Shown here in pieces: positions 62,688 to 64,000 of a stretch of 64,000 nt of DNA (the stretch's first letter is position 1; the number at the start of each line of letters is the position of its first letter). This stretch comes from Fonticula alba ATCC 38817 (taxonomy: Eukaryota; Protista; Nucleariida): NCBI GenBank assembly GCA_000388065.2, contig KB932207.1; one strand, given 5' to 3'. Made by a program: the position numbers and the translations under genes. The notes beneath the pieces were generated by a model that had not been told where the DNA came from, searched no databases, and saw only the letters and a program-made list of their open reading frames with translations.

Positions 62688-64000
62688 CGAGAGACTGAGC
62701 CCGGAAAAAGGGTCGTCGGCGGCGGGTGTCACGAAGGACTTTGTGGCCTTGGACCTGAGCGAATGTAAAGGCGAAAAAAAGCGAGGGAAACTGGGGGGGG
62801 GGGGGACACTCTCTGGGTGGGGTATCCCGCCGCGCGGGGACCGAGCCCGGCCCAGAGGGGGCCCGGGAGGGCACTGTCTCTCGGGCGCGCTGGCAGACGA
62901 ACGGACGAGAAAAGAGGTTGAACAGCGTCCCCCCCCCCCAGCGACCGGCCCCAGCAGGATGGGCGGAGAGCATGCGGGGCCAAAGGGGGGGGGGGGGGAA
63001 TGCGCCCTCCCGCTGTGGTGTCACATTTGGCGTATCATGGGTTGGGAGTTGCCGGCGGGGTGGGTATGAAACCGCCTCCCTGCGCTGGCCGCCAGACGGG
63101 TGCAACTGTCGGCCAGACAGAGGAGGGTGAGGGGGGGGGGGGGGAGACGGCTCGGAGGGATGAGAAAAGAAGGGCCAACCCCACACCGACCGCGCAGGCC
63201 GCCCGCCAGGCACACGGCCCTCCCCGGCACTCGGCAATGGCGACGCCCTGTCTGCACCACCACCCCCCCCCCCTTCCCCCCGCGTGCGCAGGGGAAACAG
63301 CCACAGAGCCGGCTCGAACGGCCAGCCCTGGGGCCTGGCACGGCAGGAGCCAGGAAACCGCAAGGCCGCCCGGGGAGGCAGGCCGAAGGGGGCGAGGGCC
63401 GGCGCGGGGCCAGCGACCCGGGGCGTTCGCATTGCATCCACGTGACCGTGCCCAGGGTCGCGGGCTAACCCTCCCTCGGCTCGTCTGAGAGCAATATGCC
63501 GCCCACCCGCAGCTGGGGGAGGACGTGTCCGGGGCTCGTATGACCGAGGCCCCAAGAGACAGACACCGGGTGAGATTTTCTTGTTGTTCTCCCGGCCTCC
63601 GGCCGGGCCCGGGGGATCTCCCCCATCGGATTGATAGCCCATGGACTCTGGTATTTCGGTTAACGGCTCCAGCCCCCGGCCACAGGCCGAGCCCGCCCGG
63701 GGCCGGGGTGCCCCAACCTCGCGCCGCTTCCGGCCGGGCTGGGAACCTCCGGACGCAATAGGGCCGCCTGATCCACGCGTGTGGGGAACGGGGGGGGGGG
63801 GGGGGGGCGAGGCCGAAGCGGCGGGAGCACGCGGGGGCGCGGGGCGGGGGGCGCCAGACAAGCTCCACCGGGGACGTGAACATTTTGGTTTGTCAACCAG
63901 TGGGCACGGCCCCGGCCGAGATCCTCTTGGGGCGTCGCTCTTTGTCAGCATGCACCCCCCCGCAAGGGCCGGGGGGAACCATGTTCCGGATGGGGGGGGG

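Overview
Eukaryotic, GC-rich (about 65-70% by eye), intron-rich draft scaffold with N-gaps, long poly-G/C runs and many microsatellites. Donors are mostly GTGCGT/GTACGT and branch points CTAAC/CTGAC/CTCAC. Gene content (VAC8, Sus1/ENY2, Kar3-type kinesin) and composition suggest a holomycotan protist such as Fonticula alba (inference only). Most ORF-track entries are GC artefacts. Manual splicing gives about 15 genes: an FHA protein (5' partial), OAT, a membrane-anchored alpha/beta hydrolase with very large insertions, a BLI-3/GSP26-like split-barrel protein, MRPL47, TBL1/Sif2, ENY2/Sus1, FARS2, an M16 peptidase (C05D11.1-like), an SLC25 carrier, WRAP53/TCAB1, eIF5A, kinesin-14, a MAPR cytochrome-b5-like protein, TMEM222/RTE1 and VAC8. 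I found no mobile element, CRISPR array, rRNA or convincing tRNA. The best leads are an FHA protein carrying nine T-L/I-hydrophobic motifs, an eIF5A with an altered hypusine loop, the hydrolase architecture, and a possible His/Cys dyad in TMEM222. An Illumina adapter and several gap-flank duplications are assembly artefacts.
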